Origin: Alphaproteobacteria bacterium
GTDB lineage: Bacteria; Pseudomonadota; Alphaproteobacteria; UBA828
Reading direction: 5' to 3'
NCBI GenBank assembly: GCA_965221125.1
Contig: CBDCRW010000006.1
Location: 128,001-192,000 of the forward strand
DNA length: 64,000 nucleotides
Positions 31,606 through 41,557 of the stretch are shown here, piece by piece. Both the position numbers and the translations under genes were made by a program. The notes beneath the pieces are model-generated. The model saw only the letters and a program-made list of their open reading frames with translations, was not told the DNA's origin and did no database searches. Positions within the stretch are counted from its first letter, which is position 1. Every line of letters starts with the position of its first letter.

Positions 31606-32499
31606 ATGGACTTCTTCTTCGGCCTGCTCCAGATCATCGGCGTCCACACGATCCTGGGGCTCTCGGCCTACGTCGTCCTGCAGACCGGCCAGGTCTCGCT
31701 GGCGCAGGCGGGCTTCTTCTCCATCGGCGCCTACGTCTCCGCCATGCTCACGGTGCTGGAGGGCTGGCACATCATCCCGGCGCTGCTGGTGGCCGCCACC
31801 ATCGCTGGCATCGTCGCCGGCATCGTCGGCTTCCCGGCGCTCCGGATCAAAGGCCTGATGCTGGTGGTGGCGACCATCGCCTTCGGCGAGTTCATCCGCC
31901 TCTTCTGGTTCAACTTCGACTACCAGATCGAGAAGCAGGGCATCGTCGTCGGCCCGCAGGGCGGCGAAGGCTTCAAGCAGATCCGCTTCTTCCCCGAGAA
32001 CGGCTGGTCCACCCTGGACGTCGCGATCTTCATCTGGGTGATCGTCGCCCTCGTCATGCTGGCGCTGTGGTGGACCGACCGCTCGCGCGCCGGCGCCGTG
32101 CTGCGCGCGGTCGGCGAGGACGAGCTCGCGGCCCAGAGCGTCGGTATCAACCTGACGGCGGTGAAGGTCGGCGCGTTCGCCGCCGGCGGCTTCATCGCCG
32201 GCATCGGCGGCGCGATCTACGCCCACTACACCACGCACATCGAGCACCTGAACTTCGGCGTCATGCTGGCGACCTTCGCCATCGCCTATCCCATCCTGGG
32301 CGGCCTGCGCAACGTCTTCGGCACGCTCGTCGCCGTGATCTTCATCCAGGGGATTCTGGTCGAGGGCCTGCGCTTCATGGGCGACTGGCGGAACCTGCTG
32401 TTCGGCGCGCTGATCGTGCTCGCCATGAACATCCAGCCGCGCGGGCTGATCGACGAGCGCTCGGTGAAGCTCGTGCGCGGGCTGTTCATCCGCAAGTAG
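31606..32499 (+). CDS. livM: LivM-type permease, copy 1
   Basis: GQVSLAQAGF, ATIAFGE, RAVGEDELAA, PRGL. Confidence 0.9.
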   Translation: MDFFFGLLQIIGVHTILGLSAYVVLQTGQVSLAQAGFFSIGAYVSAMLTVLEGWHIIPALLVAATIAGIVAGIVGFPALRIKGLMLVVATIAFGEFIRLFWFNFDYQIEKQGIVVGPQGGEGFKQIRFFPENGWSTLDVAIFIWVIVALVMLALWWTDRSRAGAVLRAVGEDELAAQSVGINLTAVKVGAFAAGGFIAGIGGAIYAHYTTHIEHLNFGVMLATFAIAYPILGGLRNVFGTLVAVIFIQGILVEGLRFMGDWRNLLFGALIVLAMNIQPRGLIDERSVKLVRGLFIRK

Positions 32500-32503
32500 C
32501 GCC

Positions 32504-33271
32504 ATGCCGATCCTCGAACTCACATCCCTCACCAAGCACTTCGGCGGCGTCCATGCCGTGGACGAGCTCGACCTCGCGGTGGAAGAAGGCGAGATCTTCG
32601 GCCTGATCGGCCCCAACGGCTCGGGCAAGAGCACCACGGTCAACCTGATCTGCGGCGTGGTCTCGGTCACCGCCGGGCGCGTCGCCTTCGAGGGCCGCGA
32701 CATCACCGGGACCGCATCGCACCGGGTGCTGGCGGCGGGCGTCGCGCGCACGTTTCAGAATATCCGCCTGTTCGGCCACCTCACGGTCTGGCAGAACCTG
32801 TGGGTCGCGCAGAACTCGGTGGAGGACCGGCGCAGCGAGAACTTCGCGAAGCGCTGGTTCTTCGGCTCGGGCGCCGTGCGCGACGCGGTGGACCGGCAGC
32901 TCGACTTCGCCGGCCTGATCGAGAAGCGCAACGAGCTCGCCGCCAACCTCGCCTTCGGCGAGCAGCGCCGCCTCGAACTCGCCCGGGCGCTCGCCACCAA
33001 GCCCCGCCTCCTGCTTCTCGACGAGCCCGCCGCCGGCATGAACCTGGAGGAGGTCCATGCGCTCGACGGCCGCCTGCGCGCGCTGCAGCAGGCGGGCATC
33101 ACCATCGTCCTGGTCGAGCACGTCATGGAGCTCGTCATGGGCGTGACCGACCGCATCGCGGTGCTCAACTTCGGGCGCAAGATCGCCGAGGGCCTGCCCG
33201 CCGAGATCCAGGAGAACGACGCGGTCCAGCAGGCCTATCTCGGCGGCAGCGTGGAGGCGGCGCATGCTTGA
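32504..33271 (+). CDS. livG: LivG-type ATP-binding protein, copy 1
   Basis: GPNGSGKST, RTFQN, LLDEPAAGM, VEH, AYLG. Confidence 0.92.
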   Translation: MPILELTSLTKHFGGVHAVDELDLAVEEGEIFGLIGPNGSGKSTTVNLICGVVSVTAGRVAFEGRDITGTASHRVLAAGVARTFQNIRLFGHLTVWQNLWVAQNSVEDRRSENFAKRWFFGSGAVRDAVDRQLDFAGLIEKRNELAANLAFGEQRRLELARALATKPRLLLLDEPAAGMNLEEVHALDGRLRALQQAGITIVLVEHVMELVMGVTDRIAVLNFGRKIAEGLPAEIQENDAVQQAYLGGSVEAAHA

Positions 33272-34031
33272 GGTCAGCGGCATCGCCGCCGCCTACGGCA
33301 ACATCGAGGCCCTGCGCGGCGTCGACCTCGCGGTGGACGAGGGCGGCATCACCTGCCTGCTGGGCCCGAACGGCGCCGGCAAGACGACGCTGATGATGAC
33401 CATCGCCGGCATCCTGAGGCCGAGGCGGGGCAGCATCGGCTTTCTCGGCCGCGATATCACCGGCATGAAGCCGAGCGGCATCGTGCGGCGCGGCATCGCG
33501 CTGGTGCCGGAGAACCGGCTCGTCTTCCCCGACATGAACGTGCACGAGAACCTGATCGCCGGCGCCTACCTGCGGCTCGGCAAGAGCAAGGCGCAGGTGA
33601 ACCGGGACATCGACCACGTCTTCACCCGCTTCCCCCGGCTGGAGGAGCGCGCGAAGCAGATGGCGGGCACGCTGTCCGGCGGCGAGCAGCAGATGCTGGC
33701 CGTCGCCCGCGCGCTCATGGCGCGGCCCAAGCTGCTCATGATGGACGAGCCCTCGCTGGGCTTGGCACCCTTGGTGGTCGAGGAAATCTTCCGCATCATC
33801 GGCGACCTCAACGCCGACGGCACCACGATCTTCCTGGTCGAGCAGAACGCCCACATGGCGCTGCAGGTGGCCGATCACTTCTTCCTGCTGGAGCAGGGGC
33901 AGGTCACGTTCAGCGGCAAGCCCGGCCAGCTCTCCGAGCACGAGGTGATCCAGCGCGCCTACCTCGGCAAGGGCCAGGGGCGCGAGCAACCTGAGCCGGA
34001 CCGCGGCCGGCCCGACGGGGCGACGCTATAG
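33264..34031 (+). CDS. livF: LivF-type ATP-binding protein, copy 1
   Basis: GPNGAGKTT, LSGGEQQML, DEPSLGLAP, VEQN. Confidence 0.92.
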   Translation: MLEVSGIAAAYGNIEALRGVDLAVDEGGITCLLGPNGAGKTTLMMTIAGILRPRRGSIGFLGRDITGMKPSGIVRRGIALVPENRLVFPDMNVHENLIAGAYLRLGKSKAQVNRDIDHVFTRFPRLEERAKQMAGTLSGGEQQMLAVARALMARPKLLMMDEPSLGLAPLVVEEIFRIIGDLNADGTTIFLVEQNAHMALQVADHFFLLEQGQVTFSGKPGQLSEHEVIQRAYLGKGQGREQPEPDRGRPDGATL

Positions 34032-34082
34032 GCCGGCAGGCGCCGATGACCGGACCTCCGACAGCGACGCGGGACGGGGCCG

Positions 34083-34982
34083 GTGGTTGACTTCATCCAG
34101 AACTGCCTCGACGGCATCATGCTGGGCTCGTCCTATGCGCTGCTCGCCATAGGCTTCACCCTGATCTTCGGCGTCATGCGCCGGCTCAACCTCTCCTACG
34201 GGCCGTCGATCATGGTGGGCGCCTTCGTCGGCACGCTGGTCTATCTCGAATTCAAGGCCAATGCCGTCGCCATCGCCGCCGCCACCGTGGTCGGCGCCGT
34301 GATCGCCGGCATCTACGTCGAGCGCCTCTGCTTCCGCGCCATCCGGCGCGGCGCGGCGGTGGCGTCCATGGTCTCGAGCTTCGTCATCTGGATGCAGCTC
34401 GAAGAGATCGTGACCGTGGTGTTTCCGGATCGCACCTACCCCTTCCCGCCGCTGGTGACGGCCGATCCGGTGGAGCTTGGCCCCTTCTTCTTCAAGCTGG
34501 AGAACGTCGTGATGTTCGCCTGCGCGGCCGTCATGACCGTCCTGCTCCACTGGCTGCTGCAGCACACCCGCTTCGGCCTGGCCCTCCGCGCGGTCTCGGA
34601 GGACCCGCGCGCGGCCCGCTTCATGGGCATCAACGTGGGCGCGGTGATGTCCCTCGCCTTCGTCATCGCGTCCGCCTTCGGCGGCGTTGCCGCCTATCTC
34701 ATCGTGAGTGCCGACGGCCAGGTCACGCCGCTCTTCGGCCTCTGGGCCACCTTCAAGGGGCTGATCGCCATGATGCTGGGCGGCATGGGCTCGATCCCCG
34801 GCGCCATCCTGGGCGGCCTGCTGCTCGGCGTCGTCGAGGCGCAAAGCCTCTGGTATCTCGGTACCGAGTACCGCGACCTCTCCGCCTACTTCCTGCTCTT
34901 CCTCTTCCTGGTCTTCCGCCCCGGCGGCCTGATGGGCCAGCTCGCCGTGGAGCGCGAGCAGGCGGCGACGCGGCGGGTCTGA
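34083..34982 (+). CDS. livH: LivH-type permease, copy 2
   Basis: GSSYALLAIGFTLIFGV, TRFGLALRAVS, GGMGSIPGA. Confidence 0.9.
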   Translation: MVDFIQNCLDGIMLGSSYALLAIGFTLIFGVMRRLNLSYGPSIMVGAFVGTLVYLEFKANAVAIAAATVVGAVIAGIYVERLCFRAIRRGAAVASMVSSFVIWMQLEEIVTVVFPDRTYPFPPLVTADPVELGPFFFKLENVVMFACAAVMTVLLHWLLQHTRFGLALRAVSEDPRAARFMGINVGAVMSLAFVIASAFGGVAAYLIVSADGQVTPLFGLWATFKGLIAMMLGGMGSIPGAILGGLLLGVVEAQSLWYLGTEYRDLSAYFLLFLFLVFRPGGLMGQLAVEREQAATRRV

Positions 34983-34985
34983 GCG

Positions 34986-35897
34986 ATGGACAGCATCTAC
35001 CTCATCGCCGTCCTCTCCAACATCGGCATGATCTCGTTCATCGCGCTCTCGGCCTACCTGCTGCTCGTCGTCGGCGAGATCTCGTTCGGCCAGCAGGCCT
35101 TCTTCGCCGTCAGCGCCTACGGCTCCGGCATCGCCACCGCGATGTGGGGCTGGCCGATCTGGCTCGGCCTGCTGTGGGGCGCGCTGCTCGCGGGCGGCGC
35201 GGCGCTGATCGTGGCGATCCCGACCGTCCGCCTGCGCGGGCTCTACTTCTCCGTCGCCACGCTGGCCTTCGCCGAGATGGTGCGGCTGATCCTCGAGGTC
35301 TTCACCTACCAGGTCGAGATCGACGGCGAGCTGGTCGGCCCCGACGGCTCCGACGGCTTCCGCGACATCCGCGCCATCTACGACAGCAACGTCTCGGACT
35401 TCGAGTACCTGCTCATCATCTACGGGCTGCTGGCTGTGGTCCTCGTCGGCTTCCTGATCCTGGAGCGCTCCCGCCTCGGCGCCATCTTCCGCATGATCGG
35501 CGAGGACCCGATGCTGACCGAGATGCAGGGTCTCAACGTCAACGCCTACAAGATCCTGGCGGTCGTCATGGCGGGCGTCGTCGCCGGCGTCGGCGGCGCC
35601 CTCTACGCCCACTTGGCCACCTACGTCGAGCCCAAGATCTTCAACGTCATGCTGGGCGTGCACGGCCTGGCCTACGGCCTGATCGGCGGGCTGGGCACGG
35701 CCTTCGGGCCGCTCATCGGCGTCGCCATCGACATCGGCCTGCTGGAATCGATCCGCGCGATCTCCGGCTACCGCATGATCGTCTTCGGCGGCCTGGTGGC
35801 CGTGCTGCTCATCGTGCGCCCGCGCGGGCTCTTGGACGAAGCCGCCGTGCACTGGCTCGGCGCACGCTGCCGGGGTCTGCTCCGTGCTGAGCGTTGA
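34986..35897 (+). CDS. livM: LivM-type permease, copy 2
   Basis: GEISFGQQAF, ATLAFAE, SRLG, RPRGL. Confidence 0.9.
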   Translation: MDSIYLIAVLSNIGMISFIALSAYLLLVVGEISFGQQAFFAVSAYGSGIATAMWGWPIWLGLLWGALLAGGAALIVAIPTVRLRGLYFSVATLAFAEMVRLILEVFTYQVEIDGELVGPDGSDGFRDIRAIYDSNVSDFEYLLIIYGLLAVVLVGFLILERSRLGAIFRMIGEDPMLTEMQGLNVNAYKILAVVMAGVVAGVGGALYAHLATYVEPKIFNVMLGVHGLAYGLIGGLGTAFGPLIGVAIDIGLLESIRAISGYRMIVFGGLVAVLLIVRPRGLLDEAAVHWLGARCRGLLRAER

Positions 35898-36639
35898 GCG
35901 CCTGAGCCGCGCCTTCGGCGGCGTCGCCGCGCTGGAGGACCTCGACCTCGCGGTCGCCGACGGCGAGGTGCTGGGGCTCATCGGCCCCAATGGCTCGGGC
36001 AAGACGACGCTCTTCAACGTGATCACCGGCGTCCATCCGCCGGATGCCGGCCGCGTCCTCCTGCGGGGCGCGGACATCAGCCATAGCACGCCGGCCCGGA
36101 TCGTCCGCCACGGCATCGCGCGGACCTTCCAGAACCTGCGCATCTACAAGCGCATGAGCGTGCGCGAGAACGTCTGGGTGGCGCAGCACAGCCTGCCCGG
36201 CGTCCGCCCCCTGGAGCTTCTGTCCAACCGCTCGGCGGCGGAGCGGGAACGCAGGATCGAGGTCGACCGGCTGCTCGACGCCGTCGGCCTCGCCGAGCGG
36301 CGGGACACGCTGGCCGGCAGCCTGCCGCTCCCCGACCAGCGGCGGCTGGAACTCGCCCGCGCGCTCGTGCGCTCCCCGTCGCTGCTGCTGCTCGACGAGC
36401 CGGCGGGCGGCATGACCCCGGCGGAGACGGCGGAGATGGCCGCGCTCATCCGCGACATCGCTCTGCCGGGGCGCACCTGCATCGTCATCGAGCACAAGCT
36501 CGACCTGATCTCGGAGCTCTGCCAGCGCCTCTGCGTTCTCAACTTCGGCCGCAAGATCGCCGACGGCGCGCCGGGCGCGGTGCTGCAGCAGGCCGAGGTG
36601 CTGGAGGCCTACCTCGGCCGGGACGCGGCCCATGCTTGA
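35884..36639 (+). CDS. livG: LivG-type ATP-binding protein, copy 2
   Basis: GPNGSGKTT, RTFQN, LDEPAGGM, IEH. Confidence 0.92.
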   Translation: MLSVERLSRAFGGVAALEDLDLAVADGEVLGLIGPNGSGKTTLFNVITGVHPPDAGRVLLRGADISHSTPARIVRHGIARTFQNLRIYKRMSVRENVWVAQHSLPGVRPLELLSNRSAAERERRIEVDRLLDAVGLAERRDTLAGSLPLPDQRRLELARALVRSPSLLLLDEPAGGMTPAETAEMAALIRDIALPGRTCIVIEHKLDLISELCQRLCVLNFGRKIADGAPGAVLQQAEVLEAYLGRDAAHA

Positions 36640-37348
36640 GGTCCGCGACCTGCACGTGAGCTACGGCAAGGTGCGCGCCGTGCAAGGCGTGTCGCTGGCG
36701 GTGAACGAGGGCGAGATCGTCGCCCTCATCGGCGCGAACGGCGCGGGCAAGAGCTCGACCATGCACGCGGTCTGCGGCATCGAGCGCCCGGCCGCCGGCG
36801 AGATTCGCTTCCTCGGCCGGCACATCGCCCGCCTGACGCCGCACCGGATCATGCGGCGCGGCATCGTGCAGGTGCCGGAGGGCCGCCTGATCTTCGGCGG
36901 ACTCACCATCGCGCAGAACCTGCGGCTCGGCGCCTACAACGTGCCGGGCCGCGCCAAGGCCGAGGCGTCCATCGACGACGTGCTCGAGTTCTTCCCCATG
37001 CTTCAGGGTCGGCTCGACGAGCGCGGCTCGGCGCTAAGCGGCGGCCAGGCCCAGATGCTGGCGCTCGCCCGCGGGCTGATGGCCCGGCCCAGGCTCCTGA
37101 TGCTCGACGAGCCCTCGCTCGGCCTCGCCCCCATCGCGGCGCAGGAAGTCTTCGCCCTGATCGCGCGGCTGCGGGAGTCGGGCGTCACGATCCTGCTGGT
37201 CGAGCAGAACGTGCGCCAGGCGCTCGCCATCGCCGACCGGGGCTACGTGCTCGAAGGCGGGCGGATCATACTGGAGGGTGAGGCTGCGGCGCTCGCCGAA
37301 CATGAATTGTTGGTCAGTGCCTATCTCGGTCTGAAACGAGGAGGATGA
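36632..37348 (+). CDS. livF: LivF-type ATP-binding protein, copy 2
   Basis: GANGAGKSS, LSGGQAQML, DEPSLGLAP, VEQN. Confidence 0.92.
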   Translation: MLEVRDLHVSYGKVRAVQGVSLAVNEGEIVALIGANGAGKSSTMHAVCGIERPAAGEIRFLGRHIARLTPHRIMRRGIVQVPEGRLIFGGLTIAQNLRLGAYNVPGRAKAEASIDDVLEFFPMLQGRLDERGSALSGGQAQMLALARGLMARPRLLMLDEPSLGLAPIAAQEVFALIARLRESGVTILLVEQNVRQALAIADRGYVLEGGRIILEGEAAALAEHELLVSAYLGLKRGG

Positions 37349-37351
37349 GCG

Positions 37352-37810
37352 ATGCGTATCCCGATCGGATTGTTGGCGCTCTCGGCGATGCTGGCGGCGA
37401 GCGTTTCGGCGTGGGCGGGCGAGCGTGTGGCGGCCGACGTGAGCTGCGCACCGGCGGCGGAAAAACTCACCTACGACTGCACGATCATGCTCACGGGCAG
37501 GAAGAGCGGCGATCCCGTCGAAGGCGCCGGGGTCGTCGTCAAGGCCGACATGCCGTCCATGCCGCTCGCGCACAACGTGCGGCCCGTGCAGGCTGCGCCC
37601 GGCCCCATGCCGGGCCACTACACCGCCACGCTTGAGCTGGAAATGCAGGGCGAGTGGGCGCTCACCCTCGACGTCAGCGGCCCGACCCGTGACCGCGTCG
37701 TCAAGAAGCTCGATTTCGGCGCCGGCGCCGGCGACATGGACCACGGCGAGATGAAGGACCACGGCGGCGACATGGACCACGGCGACATGGAGATGGACGA
37801 GGCCGAGTAG
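37352..37810 (+). CDS. Secreted YtkA/FixH-like protein with His/Met-rich tail
   Basis: Signal peptide; ADMPSMP..H, G.Y, MQGEW; tail DMDHGEMKDHGGDMDHGDMEM. Confidence 0.75.
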   Translation: MRIPIGLLALSAMLAASVSAWAGERVAADVSCAPAAEKLTYDCTIMLTGRKSGDPVEGAGVVVKADMPSMPLAHNVRPVQAAPGPMPGHYTATLELEMQGEWALTLDVSGPTRDRVVKKLDFGAGAGDMDHGEMKDHGGDMDHGDMEMDEAE

Positions 37811-37888
37811 CCGGTCTTCTCCCGGCGATCCCGCGAGGCCCGCCAAGGGGCTTCACCTTTGCCGAGCCGGCAGGCAAGGTAACGGACC

Positions 37889-38833
37889 ATGCGCGTCTAC
37901 AGTGCCGACGAGACCCGGAACCTGCTGCCGTTCGGCGCGCTGATCGAGGCGCTGCGCGAGATGTTCCGGGCCGGCGCGGCCGCGCCCCTGCGCCATCACC
38001 ACGGCATCGCGTTAGACGGGCTGCCGGAGGCGACCCTGCTCCTGATGCCCGCGTGGAACCCGGCGGGCATCGGCGGGGTCAAGATCGTGAACGTCAATCC
38101 TGGCAACGCGACCATGGGCATGCCGGCGCTGTCCTCGTCCTATCTTCTCTTCGATGCGCGCACCGGCCGGCACCTCGCGATGCTGGACGGCGGCGAGATC
38201 ACCAACCGGCGCACCGCCGCCGCCGCCGCGCTCGCGGCGAGCTACCTGGCGCGCGCCGATGCGCGGCGGCTGCTGGTGGTGGGCGCAGGGCGCGTCGCCC
38301 GCAACCTGGCCGATGCCTTTCGCGCCGTGCGCCCGATCGAGGACGTGACGGTGTGGGACATCGACGCAGGCCTGGCCGGGCAGTTGGCGGAGAGGCTGAA
38401 CGGTGCGGGCTTCCGCGCCGCCGTCGCGGCCGACCTCGAAGCCGCGGTCGCGGACGCCGATATCGTCAGCTGCGCGACGCTCGCGACCGACCCGCTGATC
38501 GCAGGCGCCTGGCTCAGGCCGGGTCAGCACCTTGACCTGATCGGCAGCTTCCGGCCCGCCATGCGCGAGGCCGACGACGACGCGGTGCGCCGCGCGCGCG
38601 TCTACATCGACACCGACGGCGCGCTCAAGGAGAGCGGCGACCTCATCGGCCCGCTCCGCTCCGGCGCGTTGACGGAGGCGGAGATCGCGGGCGACCTCTT
38701 CGGCCTCTGCCGCGGCACCGCCGCCGGCCGCGGAGCCAAGCAGGAAATCACGCTGTTCAAGGCCACCGGAACCGCGCTCGCGGACCTCGCGGCGGCGACT
38801 CTCGCGCACCGAAGCCTGGGAGACGGGGACTGA
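37889..38833 (+). CDS. Ornithine cyclodeaminase/mu-crystallin family (probable pyrroline-2-carboxylate reductase)
   Basis: LLMPAW, RRTAAA, GAGRVA, CATLA, GQHLDLIGSF, TLFKATG. Confidence 0.88.
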   Translation: MRVYSADETRNLLPFGALIEALREMFRAGAAAPLRHHHGIALDGLPEATLLLMPAWNPAGIGGVKIVNVNPGNATMGMPALSSSYLLFDARTGRHLAMLDGGEITNRRTAAAAALAASYLARADARRLLVVGAGRVARNLADAFRAVRPIEDVTVWDIDAGLAGQLAERLNGAGFRAAVAADLEAAVADADIVSCATLATDPLIAGAWLRPGQHLDLIGSFRPAMREADDDAVRRARVYIDTDGALKESGDLIGPLRSGALTEAEIAGDLFGLCRGTAAGRGAKQEITLFKATGTALADLAAATLAHRSLGDGD

Positions 38834-38889
38834 CCGGCGCTCCCGGCCGGGAGACCGGCGCGAGTATCAGCACAATCGCGGAGTGAACG

Positions 38890-41523
38890 ATGCGATCGCA
38901 ACGGCTGGTGCAGATCGTCGGCTGCCACGCGGAGGGCGAGGTGGGCGACGTCATCATCGGCGGCGTCGCCCCGCCGCCCGGTGAGACGCTGTGGGAGCAG
39001 TCCCGCTTCATCGCCCGCGACCAGTCCCTCCGCCGCTTCGTGCTGAACGAGCCCAGAGGCGGGGTCTTCCGCCACGTCAACCTGCTGGTGCCGCCCAAGG
39101 ATTCTCGTGCCGCCATGGGCTTCATCGTCATGGAGCCCGAGGACACGCCGCCCATGTCCGGCTCGAACAGCCTCTGCGTCGCCACGGTGCTGCTGGAGAC
39201 CGGCATCCTGCCGATGACCGAGCCGGAGACGGTGATGGTGCTGGAGGCCCCCGGCGGCCTCATCCGCGTCCACGCCGCGTGTAGCGACGGCCGCGTGGAG
39301 TCCGTCCGCGTGCACAACGTGCCGTCGTTCGCGGCCCGGCTCGGCGCCGCGCTGGAGGTCGAGGGGCTGGGCACGCTCACGGCGGACACCGCTTACGGCG
39401 GCGACAGCTTCGTGATCGTGGACTCAGGTCCGCTCGGCTTCGCGCTGAGTGCGGACGAAGCGCGGGACATCGTCGAGACCGGCATCCGCATCACGCGCGC
39501 CGCCAACGAGCAGCTCGGCTTTACTCATCCCGAGAACCCCGACTGGCGCCACATCTCGTTCTGCCAGATCGCGGCGCCGGTCGAGGACGTGGACGGCGTA
39601 CCCACCGGCCGCAACGCCGTCGTGATCCGGCCGGGCAAGATCGACCGCTGCCCGACCGGCACCGGCTGCTCCGCGCGCATGGCCGTGCTGCACGCGCAGG
39701 GCGCGCTCGGGGTCGGGGCGCGCTTCCGCGGCGTGTCGATCATCGATTCGGTCTTCGACTGCCGCATCGAGGGCGAGACGACGGTGGCCGGGCGCCCGGC
39801 GATCCTGCCCTCCGTCTCCGGCCGCGCCTGGGTGACCGGCACGACCCAGCTCCATCTCGACCCGCGCGATCCCTGGCCGGAGGGATATCGCCTGAGCGAC
39901 ACCTGGCCGCTCGGCCCGGACGTCGCCGCCACCCCAAACGACGGAGCGCAGAGGGCGACGACTGACGCGCGCTGCACGTCCGCTCCGGGGCGCGTAAGAT
40001 ACTTGATTCGGAGCCGGCACCTGCATCAAGTTCCGCTCCGAGCGCGGCCGGCGCGCATGGCGTGCCGCCCCGCGGCTGGAGGAGCCTATTCTGCGATGAG
40101 CCAACCCGCCCAAGCCGACGTGTTCGAGCGCGACCCGGCCGCCATCGTGGGCGCGCTGGTCCGCCGCGCGCGCACGGCCATGGCGGCCTTCGCGGACGCG
40201 GACCAGGTGCGGGTCGACGAGGCGGTGACGGCGCTGGCGTGGTCGCTCTACAAGCCCGCGCACGCCGAGGCCCTTGCCGCGATGGCGGTGGACGACACCG
40301 GCCTCGGCAACGCGGCCGACAAGGTCGTGAAGAACCAGCGCAAGACCTTCGGCACGCTGCGCGACCTCATGCGGGCGAAGACCGTCGGCATCATCGAGGA
40401 GCGGCCGGAGCTCGGGCTCGTGAAGTACGCGAAGCCGGTCGGCGTGGTCGGCGCGGTGACGCCGTCGACCAATCCCGCCGCGACGCCGGTGAACAAGGCG
40501 ATGATGGCGCTCAAGGGCCGCAACGCCATCGTCATCGCGCCCTCGCCTGCCGGCCTGGCTACGACCACGCGCACGGTCGCGCTGATGCGGGCTGAGCTGC
40601 AGAAGATCGGCGCGCCGGCGGACCTCGTCCAGGTGCTCCCCGCCCCGGTGGACAAGGCGCTCACCCACGCGCTCATGGCCGCCTGCGACCTCGTGGTCGT
40701 CACCGGCTCGCAGAGCAACGTGCGCGCCGCCTACCGCAGCGGCACGCCGGCCATCGGGGTCGGCGCGGGCAACGTCCCGGTCATCGTCGATTCCAGCGCG
40801 GACCTGGGCGGGGCGGCTGAAAAAATCGCCGCGTCCAAGTGCTTCGACAACGCGACCTCGTGCTCGTCGGAGAACGCGGCGATCGTCCTGGACGACGTCT
40901 ACGACGAGGCGCTGGCGGCGCTGCAGCGCGCCGGCGGCTACCTGGCGAGCGCGGCGGAGAAGGAGGCGATCCAGAACACCCTCTGGGTGGACGGCGCGCT
41001 CAACCGCGATGTCATCGCCAAGGATTTTCCGGTGTTCGCGGCGGCGTGCGGTCTCGGCGAACGGGCGCAGGGCGCAAGGTTCGTCATGGTCGAGGAGACC
41101 GGCATCGGCCGCGACCATCCGTTCTCCGACGAGAAGCTCGCCCTGGTGCTCACCGTCTACCGCGCCCAGAGTTTCGACGACGCCATGGACAAGGTCCGCG
41201 CGATCATGGCGGTGAAGGGCCTGGGCCACTCCGTCGGCATCCACACGCAGGAGATCGCGCACGCGCGCAGGCTGGCGGAGGATCTCGACACCGCCCGCGT
41301 CCTGGTGAACATGGCGCACACCTTCGGCAACGGCGGCGGCTTCGACAGCGGGCTCAACTTCACGCTCTCCATGGGCTGCGGCACCTGGCAGGGCAACAGC
41401 ATCAGCGAGAACCTGAACTACCGGCACTTCCTCAACATCACCCATCTCGCGGTGCCGATCCCCGAGGACAGGCCCAGCGAGGAGGCGCTGTTCGGCGCCT
41501 ACTGGGCGAAGTACGGCAAGTAG
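38890..41523 (+). CDS. Proline racemase family protein (Ser/Thr catalytic pair; probable trans-3-hydroxyproline dehydratase). The domain ends near 39910, but the frame stays open into the downstream aldehyde dehydrogenase.
   Basis: [34 protein letters not shown]; no in-frame stop before 41523. Confidence 0.8.
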   Translation: MRSQRLVQIVGCHAEGEVGDVIIGGVAPPPGETLWEQSRFIARDQSLRRFVLNEPRGGVFRHVNLLVPPKDSRAAMGFIVMEPEDTPPMSGSNSLCVATVLLETGILPMTEPETVMVLEAPGGLIRVHAACSDGRVESVRVHNVPSFAARLGAALEVEGLGTLTADTAYGGDSFVIVDSGPLGFALSADEARDIVETGIRITRAANEQLGFTHPENPDWRHISFCQIAAPVEDVDGVPTGRNAVVIRPGKIDRCPTGTGCSARMAVLHAQGALGVGARFRGVSIIDSVFDCRIEGETTVAGRPAILPSVSGRAWVTGTTQLHLDPRDPWPEGYRLSDTWPLGPDVAATPNDGAQRATTDARCTSAPGRVRYLIRSRHLHQVPLRARPARMACRPAAGGAYSAMSQPAQADVFERDPAAIVGALVRRARTAMAAFADADQVRVDEAVTALAWSLYKPAHAEALAAMAVDDTGLGNAADKVVKNQRKTFGTLRDLMRAKTVGIIEERPELGLVKYAKPVGVVGAVTPSTNPAATPVNKAMMALKGRNAIVIAPSPAGLATTTRTVALMRAELQKIGAPADLVQVLPAPVDKALTHALMAACDLVVVTGSQSNVRAAYRSGTPAIGVGAGNVPVIVDSSADLGGAAEKIAASKCFDNATSCSSENAAIVLDDVYDEALAALQRAGGYLASAAEKEAIQNTLWVDGALNRDVIAKDFPVFAAACGLGERAQGARFVMVEETGIGRDHPFSDEKLALVLTVYRAQSFDDAMDKVRAIMAVKGLGHSVGIHTQEIAHARRLAEDLDTARVLVNMAHTFGNGGGFDSGLNFTLSMGCGTWQGNSISENLNYRHFLNITHLAVPIPEDRPSEEALFGAYWAKYGK
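40096..41523 (+). CDS. sauS: Acylating sulfoacetaldehyde dehydrogenase-like (CoA-acylating ALDH)
   Basis: Own RBS GGAGGAG and ATG 40096; [40 protein letters not shown]; linked to xsc/pta. Confidence 0.8.
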   Translation: MSQPAQADVFERDPAAIVGALVRRARTAMAAFADADQVRVDEAVTALAWSLYKPAHAEALAAMAVDDTGLGNAADKVVKNQRKTFGTLRDLMRAKTVGIIEERPELGLVKYAKPVGVVGAVTPSTNPAATPVNKAMMALKGRNAIVIAPSPAGLATTTRTVALMRAELQKIGAPADLVQVLPAPVDKALTHALMAACDLVVVTGSQSNVRAAYRSGTPAIGVGAGNVPVIVDSSADLGGAAEKIAASKCFDNATSCSSENAAIVLDDVYDEALAALQRAGGYLASAAEKEAIQNTLWVDGALNRDVIAKDFPVFAAACGLGERAQGARFVMVEETGIGRDHPFSDEKLALVLTVYRAQSFDDAMDKVRAIMAVKGLGHSVGIHTQEIAHARRLAEDLDTARVLVNMAHTFGNGGGFDSGLNFTLSMGCGTWQGNSISENLNYRHFLNITHLAVPIPEDRPSEEALFGAYWAKYGK

Positions 41524-41557
41524 GCGCGGGCCGGAGCGCCATTCGGAACCAGGCATC

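Noticed and set aside
40001-40031. FNR box
   Set aside because: TTGAT and ATCAA half-sites are 17 bp apart instead of 4; kept only as an unassigned inverted repeat.
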